Positions 12,382 through 20,049 of a stretch of 64,000 nt of DNA are shown piece after piece (positions within the stretch are counted from its first letter, which is position 1; every line of letters begins with the position of its first letter). Location: assembly GCA_031278215.1 (NCBI GenBank), contig JAITKV010000012.1, positions 4,874 through 68,873 of the forward strand, read 5' to 3'. The notes under the pieces are model-generated. The model did not search any database, was not told the origin of the DNA, and was given only the letters and a program-made list of their open reading frames with translations. Position numbers and translations under genes: made by a program. Origin of the DNA: Spirochaetaceae bacterium. GTDB taxonomy: Bacteria > Spirochaetota > Spirochaetia > Treponematales > Breznakiellaceae.

Positions 12382-13503
12382 ATGAAATTTAGCTGCGAAA
12401 AAAATATTCTCTTAAAAGAAGTCTCCATAGCACAGGAAATAATTTCTTCTAAAAACGTTATTTCCATTTTGTCTAATATTTATCTTGAAACTTCCGGAAA
12501 CGAGCTTATTATTAAGGCCACGGACATGAAGGTTAACTTTGAAACCAAGGTTCCCATAGAGTTAAAAGAACCGGGTTCTACCACGGTGTTTGGGGAAAAA
12601 TTTTTGGGAATTCTTAATTCTGTTCCAGACGGGGAACTTGAGGTAGAAAAAAAAGAAAATACCGTTGTTATAAAGCCCATGAACCGGAAGATTAAGTTTC
12701 AACTTAAATGTATTGCTTCCGAAACATATCCGGAATTTCCTATTTTTAATAAAGAAAATTATTTTGACGTTCCGGTTAAAGAATTTAAAGAAATGATACA
12801 ACAGACGGTTTTTGCCGTGTCCGACGACGAAACCCGTTATTTTATGAACGGGATTTTCTTTAAAAAAGAAGAAGAAAAAATTGTAATGGTAGCCACCGAC
12901 GGAAGACGCCTTGCATATATAGAAAAAAGCATCGCGTTTAAAGAGAATGGTTCTTCCGGGATAATTATCCCCCCAAAAATTCTTTCGGTTCTGTTAAAAA
13001 GGGCCGGGGACGAAGGAATGTTAAATATCTCTGTTACGGATAAAAATATATTTATCCGGTTTGGATATTACAAGCTTTCTTCTGTTCTTATCGAAGGCCA
13101 GTTTCCTAATTATCAACGGGTTATTCCGGAAAATCAGGAATATTTTTGCACGGTAGACCGCCTTGAAGTTTTAGAAGCTTTAAAAAGGGTCTCTCTTTTA
13201 GTAGAACAAAAATCTTACCGGATCTATTTAATTCTTTTACCGGGGGCGCTTATCGTATCTTCCAATAAAGAAGATCAAAACGAGGAAGGGGATATAGGAA
13301 ACGCCAGAGAAGAATTGTCATGTGAATATGAGGGCAAAGAAATTTCCATAGCCCTTAATTACCGGTATATCGAAGAACCGTTTAAGATAATAACGGATCC
13401 TAAAATTAAACTTTGTTTTACCGAAGCAAACAAGGCTATTACCATAAAGCCGATACCGGAGAAAGATTTTTTTCATATCGTAATGCCCATGCAGCTTGAC
13501 TAA
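12382..13503 (+). CDS. dnaN: DNA polymerase III subunit beta (sliding clamp)
   Basis: MKFSCEKNILLKEVSIAQ.. is a typical clamp N-terminus, with three-domain length. AGGAG lies 6 nt before the ATG at 12382. The gene is markedly AT-rich relative to its neighbours. Confidence 0.9.
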   Translation: MKFSCEKNILLKEVSIAQEIISSKNVISILSNIYLETSGNELIIKATDMKVNFETKVPIELKEPGSTTVFGEKFLGILNSVPDGELEVEKKENTVVIKPMNRKIKFQLKCIASETYPEFPIFNKENYFDVPVKEFKEMIQQTVFAVSDDETRYFMNGIFFKKEEEKIVMVATDGRRLAYIEKSIAFKENGSSGIIIPPKILSVLLKRAGDEGMLNISVTDKNIFIRFGYYKLSSVLIEGQFPNYQRVIPENQEYFCTVDRLEVLEALKRVSLLVEQKSYRIYLILLPGALIVSSNKEDQNEEGDIGNAREELSCEYEGKEISIALNYRYIEEPFKIITDPKIKLCFTEANKAITIKPIPEKDFFHIVMPMQLD

Positions 13504-13535
13504 AGGGATCTTCCAACAATCCCGGATGGTGTTAT

Positions 13536-14639
13536 ATGGCCTTTCTTTCACTGCGGACCGCGTCCTTTCGCAATATTAAAGACGCCGGTATAGATACCCG
13601 GGCAAAGGATATCTTTCTTATAGGAGAAAACGGCCAGGGAAAAACCAATTTTCTTGAGGCCCTGTATTTTTGTTCCTACGCTTCTTCTTTTAGGGGGGTA
13701 AAAGACGGGGATCTGGCCCGCTACGGAACAGGAGCTTTTTCTGCCTCGGCGGAACTAGGCCCCCTTTTGCCGGAAAAAACCCTGGGTACGCGTATTGTTA
13801 TCACCGTTGAAAATTCATGTAAAACCGTAAGGGTAAACGGAAAAAAAGTAGAAGACCGCAAGGACCTGTTAAAAATAAGCCCCTGCGTAGCTTTTTGTCA
13901 TGAAGATATGGAATTTGTTTCCGGCGGCCAGGAGCGAAGACGGTGGTTTTTTGATCAAACCCAAAGTTTGTACGATCCTGTTTATGTGGACGATCTTCGC
14001 CGGTACCGGCGGATCCTTAAAACCCGCAATACCGTACTGCGGGAAGGTAAATTCGGCGCCGATTACCGCCGGGTAGAAAATCTTCTTGATGCGCTGGATC
14101 CCCAGCTGGCCGAGTACGGCGTCCGGCTTATGGAACAGAGAAAGCGCAGGGCCCATAGTTTTTCTTCTCTGCTTAACCCCCTGTACGAAGAGGTTTCCGG
14201 CATAAAGGGGGTGGGCGTTACCTACACCTCTTCCTGGAAAAACGATATAAACGTTTTGTCCTATCTAGAGGAACGCAGAACGGCGGATCTGGCCCAGGGC
14301 CTTACCCTTTCCGGGCCCCACCGGGACCGGTATTTTTTTACCCGGGATCGGGAAGACTTTTCGGCCGCCGCCTCTACCGGCCAGCGGCGCCTTTTAGCCC
14401 TATTGCTCCGGACGGCCCAGGCCCGGGGTTTTTTCGAGGCAAGGGGGACTTTGCCGGTTCTGTTATTGGATGACGTGCTGCTGGAATTGGACGGAGAAAA
14501 ACGCCGCCGCTTTCTTTCGCTTATGCCCGGGTATGAACAGGCTTTTTTTGCCTTTCTTCCGGAGGAGCCCTATAAAAAATACGGTAAATCAGATACGCTT
14601 ATTTATTATGTCAGTAACGGAGCCATAGGCGGATCATGA
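13536..14639 (+). CDS. recF: DNA replication and repair protein RecF
   Basis: Walker A GENGQGKTNFLEA, SMC-like signature SGPHRD..STGQRR, and Walker B LLLDDV. Confidence 0.9.
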   Translation: MAFLSLRTASFRNIKDAGIDTRAKDIFLIGENGQGKTNFLEALYFCSYASSFRGVKDGDLARYGTGAFSASAELGPLLPEKTLGTRIVITVENSCKTVRVNGKKVEDRKDLLKISPCVAFCHEDMEFVSGGQERRRWFFDQTQSLYDPVYVDDLRRYRRILKTRNTVLREGKFGADYRRVENLLDALDPQLAEYGVRLMEQRKRRAHSFSSLLNPLYEEVSGIKGVGVTYTSSWKNDINVLSYLEERRTADLAQGLTLSGPHRDRYFFTRDREDFSAAASTGQRRLLALLLRTAQARGFFEARGTLPVLLLDDVLLELDGEKRRRFLSLMPGYEQAFFAFLPEEPYKKYGKSDTLIYYVSNGAIGGS

Positions 14640-15178
14640 AAAAGGCGGGGGATCTTCTATCGGCATTTTTTGACGCGGATACGCTTAAAGAAGCAAAGAA
14701 ATACGGGACCCTTTTTTCGTCCTGGGCCGCTTTATTGGAACACTGCGGGCTTTCCCAGGGGGCAAGCCATTCACGGATAAGGGCCCTGGAACGATCCGTA
14801 CTTATGGTAGAGGCAGACCATCCGGGCTGGATCCAGCTTCTACAGACCAGGCAGCGGGAAATTCTGGAAACCGTCCGAAGGCGGTTTCCGGAAATTACCC
14901 TGTCGGGAATTTCTTTTCGCTTAAGCCGGAATCCCCCGGCTGGTTTTGAATCCCCGGCGGCGGAAAGGGCAGAATACCGGGAGAAAAAGCCGGACCCGGC
15001 AAAGGCGGATAGTAAAGAGGCGCCGCTGGAAATCAAGGCCCCCGGACAGACCCTTGATATCGACGCCATAGAAGACGAGAATCTTCGGAATCTGCTAAAA
15101 AGGCTAAAACAAAGTATATACCAGCGGAACGGCGTGCCAAAGGAGAATACCCAACAGCGTTTTCCTAAAGAACGGTAA
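14636..15178 (+). CDS. DUF721 (DciA-like) domain protein
   Basis: The start overlaps the recF stop (ATGA). Its position after recF and an N-terminal domain pattern (..W..L......H.....L....L.V.ADHP.W.Q.L) are typical of DUF721. Confidence 0.6.
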   Translation: MKKAGDLLSAFFDADTLKEAKKYGTLFSSWAALLEHCGLSQGASHSRIRALERSVLMVEADHPGWIQLLQTRQREILETVRRRFPEITLSGISFRLSRNPPAGFESPAAERAEYREKKPDPAKADSKEAPLEIKAPGQTLDIDAIEDENLRNLLKRLKQSIYQRNGVPKENTQQRFPKER

Positions 15179-15915
15179 TGAACCAAAAACCTTATCCCTT
15201 ATGCTATACCAGATCGGGAATGATTTTTATACGCCCCGAAGACGATTGTAACGCGGTGGTAGACGCCATGCTTGAAACCGGATACTCAGAAGAATTTTGC
15301 GTTGCCCTGGACTGGGATCCTGCCTTTATTGCCCGGCTTATGGATGCCGGGTTTTTAATCATGTCCGATAGTTTTTTTGACAAGGACCACCGGGGAAACC
15401 CCTATAGGCAGGATATTGTGCTTCCCAAATTACACCTTGTCCGGTCGGTTCTGTTTTTTTCTAAACTCCACGTAAAAAAAAGCATAAAGCCCTTTTTGGG
15501 CCGCTATGAATTGCGCTTTGATTCGGACTTTGACCGGATCGTTCAAAACTGTCTTGCCGTTCATGGAGACGGCTGGTTGACCCCCAGCCTGTTGTTTGTT
15601 TTGCAGCTTCTGCGAAAGCAAAAAGCGGGGGACTCCCCCCGGCCCGTATCCTTTGGCCTTTACCGGGACGGAACACTTGTGGCCGGCGAATTTGGCGTAT
15701 TATGCGACCGGGTGTATACCAGTTATTCCGGCTACAAAGAAGAAAACAATGCCGGTACGGTTCAAATGATCCTTATGGCGCGCTGGTTAGAAAAAGGGGG
15801 TTTTGAGTTTCTTGATTTCGGCATGCCCATGGATTATAAATCGGATCTGGGGGCGCAAAATGTAGACCCCCGGGAATTTGTTACGATTTTTCGGGCCGGC
15901 CGGCAGGGGGGCTAA
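15178..15915 (+). CDS. Leucyl/phenylalanyl-tRNA-protein transferase-like protein (divergent)
   Basis: The C-terminal half aligns by eye with Aat: GEFGV...YTSYSGY....AGTVQMILMARWLEKGGFEFLDFGM.MDYKSDLGA..V.PREF versus GGMYGV..G..FCGESMFS...ASK.AL......GG.LIDCQ....H..SLGA.EIPRR. Confidence 0.5.
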   Translation: MNQKPYPLCYTRSGMIFIRPEDDCNAVVDAMLETGYSEEFCVALDWDPAFIARLMDAGFLIMSDSFFDKDHRGNPYRQDIVLPKLHLVRSVLFFSKLHVKKSIKPFLGRYELRFDSDFDRIVQNCLAVHGDGWLTPSLLFVLQLLRKQKAGDSPRPVSFGLYRDGTLVAGEFGVLCDRVYTSYSGYKEENNAGTVQMILMARWLEKGGFEFLDFGMPMDYKSDLGAQNVDPREFVTIFRAGRQGG

Positions 15916-15977
15916 CGGGGGACGGTTACGCCGGCTAACCGGCGCACACCGGCCGCGGATAAAAGACGCCGGCAACC

Positions 15978-16006
15978 TTGACATTTTAGGCAGAGTCTAT
16001 TATGTT
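15978..16006 (+). promoter_or_regulatory. Sigma70-like promoter upstream of the tRNA cluster
   Basis: TTGACA (15978-15983), a 17-nt spacer, then TATGTT (16001-16006), about 35 nt before tRNA-Arg. Confidence 0.5.
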
Positions 16007-16040
16007 GAATTTCTGTATTTTACACGTTAGTCATTATATT

Positions 16041-16114
16041 GAGGTTGTAGCTCAGCTGGATAGAGCGTCAGATTGCGGATCTGAAGGTCGCACGTTCGAA
16101 TCGTGTCAGCCTCA
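16041..16114 (+). tRNA. tRNA-Arg (anticodon GCG as read)
   Basis: Hand-folded cloverleaf. Acceptor GAGGTTG/CAGCCTC, D stem GCTC/GAGC with A20, anticodon stem TCAGA/TCTGA, loop TTGCGGA, T arm GCACG-TTCGAAT-CGTGT, discriminator A. No CCA is encoded. Confidence 0.85.
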
Positions 16115-16189
16115 TGGAAAACGTGTGCGGGCCGATGCAAAACGTTCTTTGCAGAAGGATGCAGGGTCTGTATTTTTAAAAGTGTTATT

Positions 16190-16276
16190 GGAGCGGTGTC
16201 CGAGCGGTTGAAGGAGACGGTTTCGAAAACCGTTGAGCTCGTAAGGGTTCCGGGGGTTCGAATCCCCCCTGCTCCG
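16190..16276 (+). tRNA. tRNA-Ser (anticodon CGA)
   Basis: Acceptor GGAGCGG/CTGCTCC, anticodon stem-loop ACGGT-TTCGAAA-ACCGT, a long variable arm, and T arm GGGGG-TTCGAAT-CCCCC. Confidence 0.9.
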
Positions 16277-16460
16277 GCGCAGAACGGCGGCGCCGGGTTA
16301 CGGCGGCGGTTTGTTTTGCAAAACCCGCCCGGAATAGGGTTAATCCGGCGCACCCGCCGCTTAGGAAAAAGGGCTGCCGCCGAAGGAGGGCGCAGGATAG
16401 TTTTTATTCCCCGGCGGGTGTAATACCCCGGGACCCGCCTTTCGGCGGGGTTGGTTGATT

Positions 16461-16547
16461 GGAGAGATGACCGAGCGGCCGAAGGTGCACGATTGGAAGT
16501 CGTGTGTACCCGGAAGGGTACCGAGGGTTCAAATCCCTCTCTCTCCG
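16461..16547 (+). tRNA. tRNA-Ser (anticodon GGA)
   Basis: Acceptor GGAGAGA/TCTCTCC, anticodon stem-loop CACGA-TTGGAAG-TCGTG, a long variable arm, and T arm GAGGG-TTCAAAT-CCCTC. Confidence 0.9.
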
Positions 16548-16555
16548 GGATGGAT

Positions 16556-16584
16556 TTGACAAGTTTATATAAAAAATGTATATT
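16556..16584 (+). promoter_or_regulatory. Near-consensus sigma70 promoter between tRNA-Ser(GGA) and tRNA-Met
   Basis: TTGACA (16556-16561), a 17-nt spacer, then TATATT (16579-16584). The predicted transcript would carry a ~100-nt leader before the tRNA. Confidence 0.55.
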
Positions 16585-16645
16585 ATACACAATAGATTTT
16601 GGCTTGGCAGGCAAGGACTTTGCCTAACAAACAATTACAATCGGA

Positions 16646-16676
16646 ATTCCCTGACAATTTCGAATTGTCGGGGAAT
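16646..16676. repeat. Palindromic element, copy A (ATTCCCTGACAATT-TCG-AATTGTCGGGGAAT)
   Basis: 14-bp arms with one mismatch. Same family as 49301-49333 and the half-copy at 17060-17088. Confidence 0.8.
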
Positions 16677-16687
16677 AAGCTGCACGG

Positions 16688-16760
<73 letters not shown>

Positions 16761-16762
16761 AC

Positions 16763-16806
16763 GGCTTGTAATTCTTTATAATATAAAGAGTTACAAGCCT
16801 TTTTTA
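16763..16806 (+). terminator. Rho-independent terminator after tRNA-Met
   Basis: GGCTTGTAATTCTTTAT-AAT-ATAAAGAGTTACAAGCC followed by TTTTTTATT. Confidence 0.8.
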
Positions 16807-17059
16807 TTCGCAGTGGGGTCTAATACCCAAGAGCCCGCCTGCGCGGGGGAGCTTTAGGGCGGGGAGGTTCATTCGCATGCGGGTGTAATAAAATTTACCT
16901 TATGCGGGGCGGAAAACCCCGGGGAGGGGCCTTCTCGTGCGTCTGGGGGGCTGTTTTGCGGGGGCCGTCCGAATGGGGAACGCTTAAATTCCACATGCCG
17001 CCCTTGTTTTTTTCCGGCTGCTTTTGTATTGTTTAGACATGGACCGTGTCATTATTTGA

Positions 17060-17088
17060 AATTGTCAGGGAATAGTGTCCGGGAATAA
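17060..17088. repeat. Palindromic element, half-copy B (AATTGTCAGGGAATAG followed by a direct echo CCGGGAATAA)
   Basis: Right arm identical to the 49318-49333 arm; the left arm is degenerate. It lies about 40 nt upstream of the nifU-like gene. Confidence 0.6.
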
Positions 17089-17124
17089 ACGGCGGCGGTT
17101 TTACCGCCTTTTACAGGAGTGAAT

Positions 17125-17349
17125 ATGCTTGAAGAAAAAGTAAAAAGTGTTCTTGATAGCGTCCGCCCCTCCCTTCAGGCCGACGGCGGGGACGTTGAAT
17201 TTGTTTCGGTTAGCGAGGACGGGAAGGTTTCTGTTAAGCTTGTGGGGGCCTGCGGCCACTGCCCCATGGCTACCATGACCCTTAAAAACGGTATTGAGAA
17301 TTACCTTAAAAAGGAAATTCCCGAAGTAACCGCCGTTGTGGGGGTTTAG
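17125..17349 (+). CDS. NifU-like (Nfu-type) Fe-S cluster scaffold domain protein
   Basis: About 74 aa: MLEEKVKSVLDSVRPSLQADGGDVEFV....GACGHCPMATMTLK. AGGAG lies 5 nt before the ATG at 17125. Confidence 0.85.
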   Translation: MLEEKVKSVLDSVRPSLQADGGDVEFVSVSEDGKVSVKLVGACGHCPMATMTLKNGIENYLKKEIPEVTAVVGV

Positions 17350-17425
17350 TCCCCCGGTTCAATCCCCGCCGGAACCTTTTCCCGGTAAGGCCAAAGGGTT
17401 TTCGGGGCCCCGGGGGGATCTGCGG

Positions 17426-17854
17426 GTGTTTGATTTTGTCCTCCTCATTCTGGTTGTGGCGGCGACGGTTCTGTGTGCATTCCGGGTATACGAGAAAAGC
17501 GCCTCTGCGGTCCGGCTTGTTATTCGGAATAGGTTTGCCGAAAAAGGCGGAAGCTGGATATATTCCCTGGATAAGAGCGAAAGTGTAACAATTCCGGGGT
17601 TCCTGGGGGATACGGTGATTAAAATAGAAAATGGCCGCGCCCGGATTCTTTCTTCTCCCTGTACCAACCAAACCTGTGTGGCTTCCGGGGCGATCCACAA
17701 CCAGGGCCAATGGATAGCCTGCCTGCCCAACGGCATTTTTGTCAGCGTGGAATCCGCAGGTTCCGGAGGGGGAGCGCGAAGAAGCTCCGGAGAAGGCGGC
17801 CCAGGGGCCGCGGGAGCAACCGGGGGCCCGGAAGTTGACGGAGTTGTCTGGTAG
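17426..17854 (+). CDS. NusG domain II-containing (DUF1312) membrane-anchored protein
   Basis: A TM helix followed by ...ILSSPCTNQTCVASGAIHNQGQWIACLPNGIFVSVES, the C..C...G.I...G..I.CLP pattern of this family. The start is uncertain: GTG 17426 with an upstream G-rich RBS, or the ORF-track start at 17336. Confidence 0.65.
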   Translation: MFDFVLLILVVAATVLCAFRVYEKSASAVRLVIRNRFAEKGGSWIYSLDKSESVTIPGFLGDTVIKIENGRARILSSPCTNQTCVASGAIHNQGQWIACLPNGIFVSVESAGSGGGARRSSGEGGPGAAGATGGPEVDGVVW

Positions 17855-17921
17855 GCCGGGAGCGGCCGGCGGGGACCCGGGCAAACTGCGACTTGATACC
17901 GGGGAGGAAAGCAGAACCGCC

Positions 17922-18998
17922 TTGCTGGGCGCTTTTTGCATGTTCCTTTCCGCTCTGGACTACCTTATCCCCAAGCCCTTGCCGTTTATGCGGATAGGGC
18001 TTGCGAATCTGCCCATCCTTCTTGCCCTGGATCTGCTTTCCCCGGCAAATTATTGCCGGCTGGTTTTACTAAAAGTGCTGGGTCAAGGCCTTATTACCGG
18101 CGCTCTTTTTTCCTACGTATTTTTGTTTTCCCTGGCAGGATCCGCGGCCTCGGCGGCGATTATGTATGGGCTTCGCCGGGGATTAGGAAAAAAATTTATA
18201 AGCTTCATGGGGATCGGTTTGGCCGGGGCCTTTGTGTCTAACAGCGTCCAGCTTGTGATGGCCCGGTTTTTTGTTTTTGGCGAAAGCGCCCTGTACCTTG
18301 CCCCGCCCTTTCTTGCCGCCGGTATTGTCAGCGGTACCAGCCTGGGGCTTTTTGCCAAGGCCTTTAGCGTCCAATCTCGCTGGTTCCGGAGCGCGGCGCT
18401 TTCCCCTTCGTCCCCCGGAATGCCAGACCGGATCCCGAAAGGGGAACCGGCTAAAAGCCCCAGGCCCCCCGGAATGCCGGGGGTGCGGCAAAAATTTCTT
18501 TCCGGGCTTCGGTTTTTCGGGGGCCTTGGGGCGATGGTTTTGTTTTTGCTTGTTCCGTCCCTGGCGCTAAAAGCGGCGTTGTTTGCGCTGTTTTGGCTGC
18601 TGGCCGCGGCGGCGGGAAAAAAGACCCGGCCCGTTTTAACAATTGCCGTCATAGGGGGGGTGGTGTTTTGCAACCTCTTTCCCCCCTATGGAAAGGTCCT
18701 TGTTCAGGCGGGGCCGCTTTCCGTTACCCTGGGAAGCCTAACCGGAGGGCTGCGCAAAGCGGTAACACTGGAAGGCCTGGTAATGCTGTCCAGGGTTTTT
18801 GTTTCTCCGGGCTTTACCCTGCCCGGCTCTTTTGGCAGACTCCTGGGAAAAAGTTTTCGCATCCTGGAAAAGCTGAATGCGCGGAAGGGTAAGATCACCG
18901 GCCGCCGGGGACCGCAAAACGGTCGGGGAACGGTAAAGAAAAACCGGCTTATGGAAGCCCTTGACGAGCTTTTGCTGGAATTAACCGAAAAGGCTTAG
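17922..18998 (+). CDS. Gx transporter family protein (Hpre_diP_synt_I-like) with a ~200-aa extra C-terminal membrane region
   Basis: LSALDYLIPKPLPFMRIGLANLPILLALDLL matches the family core. The start is uncertain: TTG 17922 after GGAGG, ATG 17940, or the ORF-track start at 17739, which would overlap the upstream gene by 116 nt. Confidence 0.6.
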   Translation: MLGAFCMFLSALDYLIPKPLPFMRIGLANLPILLALDLLSPANYCRLVLLKVLGQGLITGALFSYVFLFSLAGSAASAAIMYGLRRGLGKKFISFMGIGLAGAFVSNSVQLVMARFFVFGESALYLAPPFLAAGIVSGTSLGLFAKAFSVQSRWFRSAALSPSSPGMPDRIPKGEPAKSPRPPGMPGVRQKFLSGLRFFGGLGAMVLFLLVPSLALKAALFALFWLLAAAAGKKTRPVLTIAVIGGVVFCNLFPPYGKVLVQAGPLSVTLGSLTGGLRKAVTLEGLVMLSRVFVSPGFTLPGSFGRLLGKSFRILEKLNARKGKITGRRGPQNGRGTVKKNRLMEALDELLLELTEKA

Positions 18999-19969
18999 CT
19001 CCCCTGGTTCCTCTGGGCCGCCGTGTTAAGCCGCCGGGTTCGCTCCAGGGCTTCCGCGGCCTCCCGGGAATTGGGGTTTAAGCCCACGCATCTTTCATAC
19101 GCTTCCGTCGCGGACTGGTATTCACCGGCAGATTCTCTAACCGTGCCCAGGCGGAACCACCACAGGAAGATGTTTCCTTCCAGGGCCACCGCGGTGGTGT
19201 AGGCAATATCCGCATGAAGGTACTTCCGCTGGTTGCGGTAGATTTCTCCCATGAAAAAATAGGCCGTAGACGCCCGGTCTCCTCTGGGGATGGAAGCCAC
19301 ATAGCGTTGCAGCATGGTTAGGGAACGCGGGTAGTCGTTCAGGTAAAAGTACGCTTCTCCCATGGTTTCTACGATGCGGTAATCGTTGGCGTTGATCCGC
19401 AGCGCCCGGTCCCCCCAGTTTATAACGTCGGCGTATTTTCTTTGTTTAAGCAAAGACCAGGTTAGTACCGTATAGGAATCCATATTAGAATTATTGAGGT
19501 TTAATTCTTCCATGCAGATTCGGATAGCTTCGTTATAATAAATGTTTGCTTCTTCAAACCGGTTTCGGGCTTCCATGTCCCGGCCAATGCGGTAATTTTG
19601 CAGCGCGTCCGGCCCCGGCCTTCGGGATGGCTGCACCGCCGGGACGGGGCCTTGGGGGGGCGCGGTCGGCGCGGTTTGGGCCCCGGGCTGAACCGGCGCC
19701 GGCTGGGTAGTTGCGGGCTGGGCAGGGGCGGGCTGGATCGGCGCCGGCAAGACCGGCGTCGGCTGAACCGTCAGCGGCCGGGTAAGCTCGGGCTGAACCG
19801 GCGCCGGCTGGATTGGCGGAACCGTTTGCGGGGCGGTTTCTTCCTGGGAAAAGAGGCTAAAGGCCCTAAGCATCAAGGCCGCCGTCAGCCAGGGCCGCCG
19901 CCGGGTAATCCGGGGGTTCGCACGGGGGGCGGATAAAGCCCCCGCAGAAATAAAAATTTCCGGTTTCAT
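18995..19969 (-). CDS. TPR-repeat protein with signal peptide and a proline-rich PxQP repeat region
   Basis: N-terminal hydrophobic segment, (P/T)VQPxP repeats, then Y/A-rich TPR-like helices (AYFYLNDYPRSL, AYFFMGEIY, AIRICMEEL). Confidence 0.7.
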   Translation of the reverse strand: MKPEIFISAGALSAPRANPRITRRRPWLTAALMLRAFSLFSQEETAPQTVPPIQPAPVQPELTRPLTVQPTPVLPAPIQPAPAQPATTQPAPVQPGAQTAPTAPPQGPVPAVQPSRRPGPDALQNYRIGRDMEARNRFEEANIYYNEAIRICMEELNLNNSNMDSYTVLTWSLLKQRKYADVINWGDRALRINANDYRIVETMGEAYFYLNDYPRSLTMLQRYVASIPRGDRASTAYFFMGEIYRNQRKYLHADIAYTTAVALEGNIFLWWFRLGTVRESAGEYQSATEAYERCVGLNPNSREAAEALERTRRLNTAAQRNQGS

Positions 19970-20049
19970 GGTTTTCTCTCTTTGGCCTATGGTTTTAAGC
20001 CCGCGGTAGACTTGCCGGCAGCCGCAGGTCCGGCATGCAAATCTGCATG

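Noticed and set aside
16027-16614. A 195-aa minus-strand ORF, plus smaller ORFs, spanning the tRNA cluster.
   Set aside because: It overlaps three well-folding tRNA genes. Its translation is Arg/Pro-rich nonsense, and it has no RBS.
16595-16620. A possible sigma-54 promoter (TTGGCTTGGCAGGCAAGGACTTTGCC contains TGGCA and TTGC).
   Set aside because: The spacing between the GG and GC elements is 4 nt too long for the TGGCAC-N5-TTGC consensus. The second copy of the motif (55272-55290) does not keep either element.
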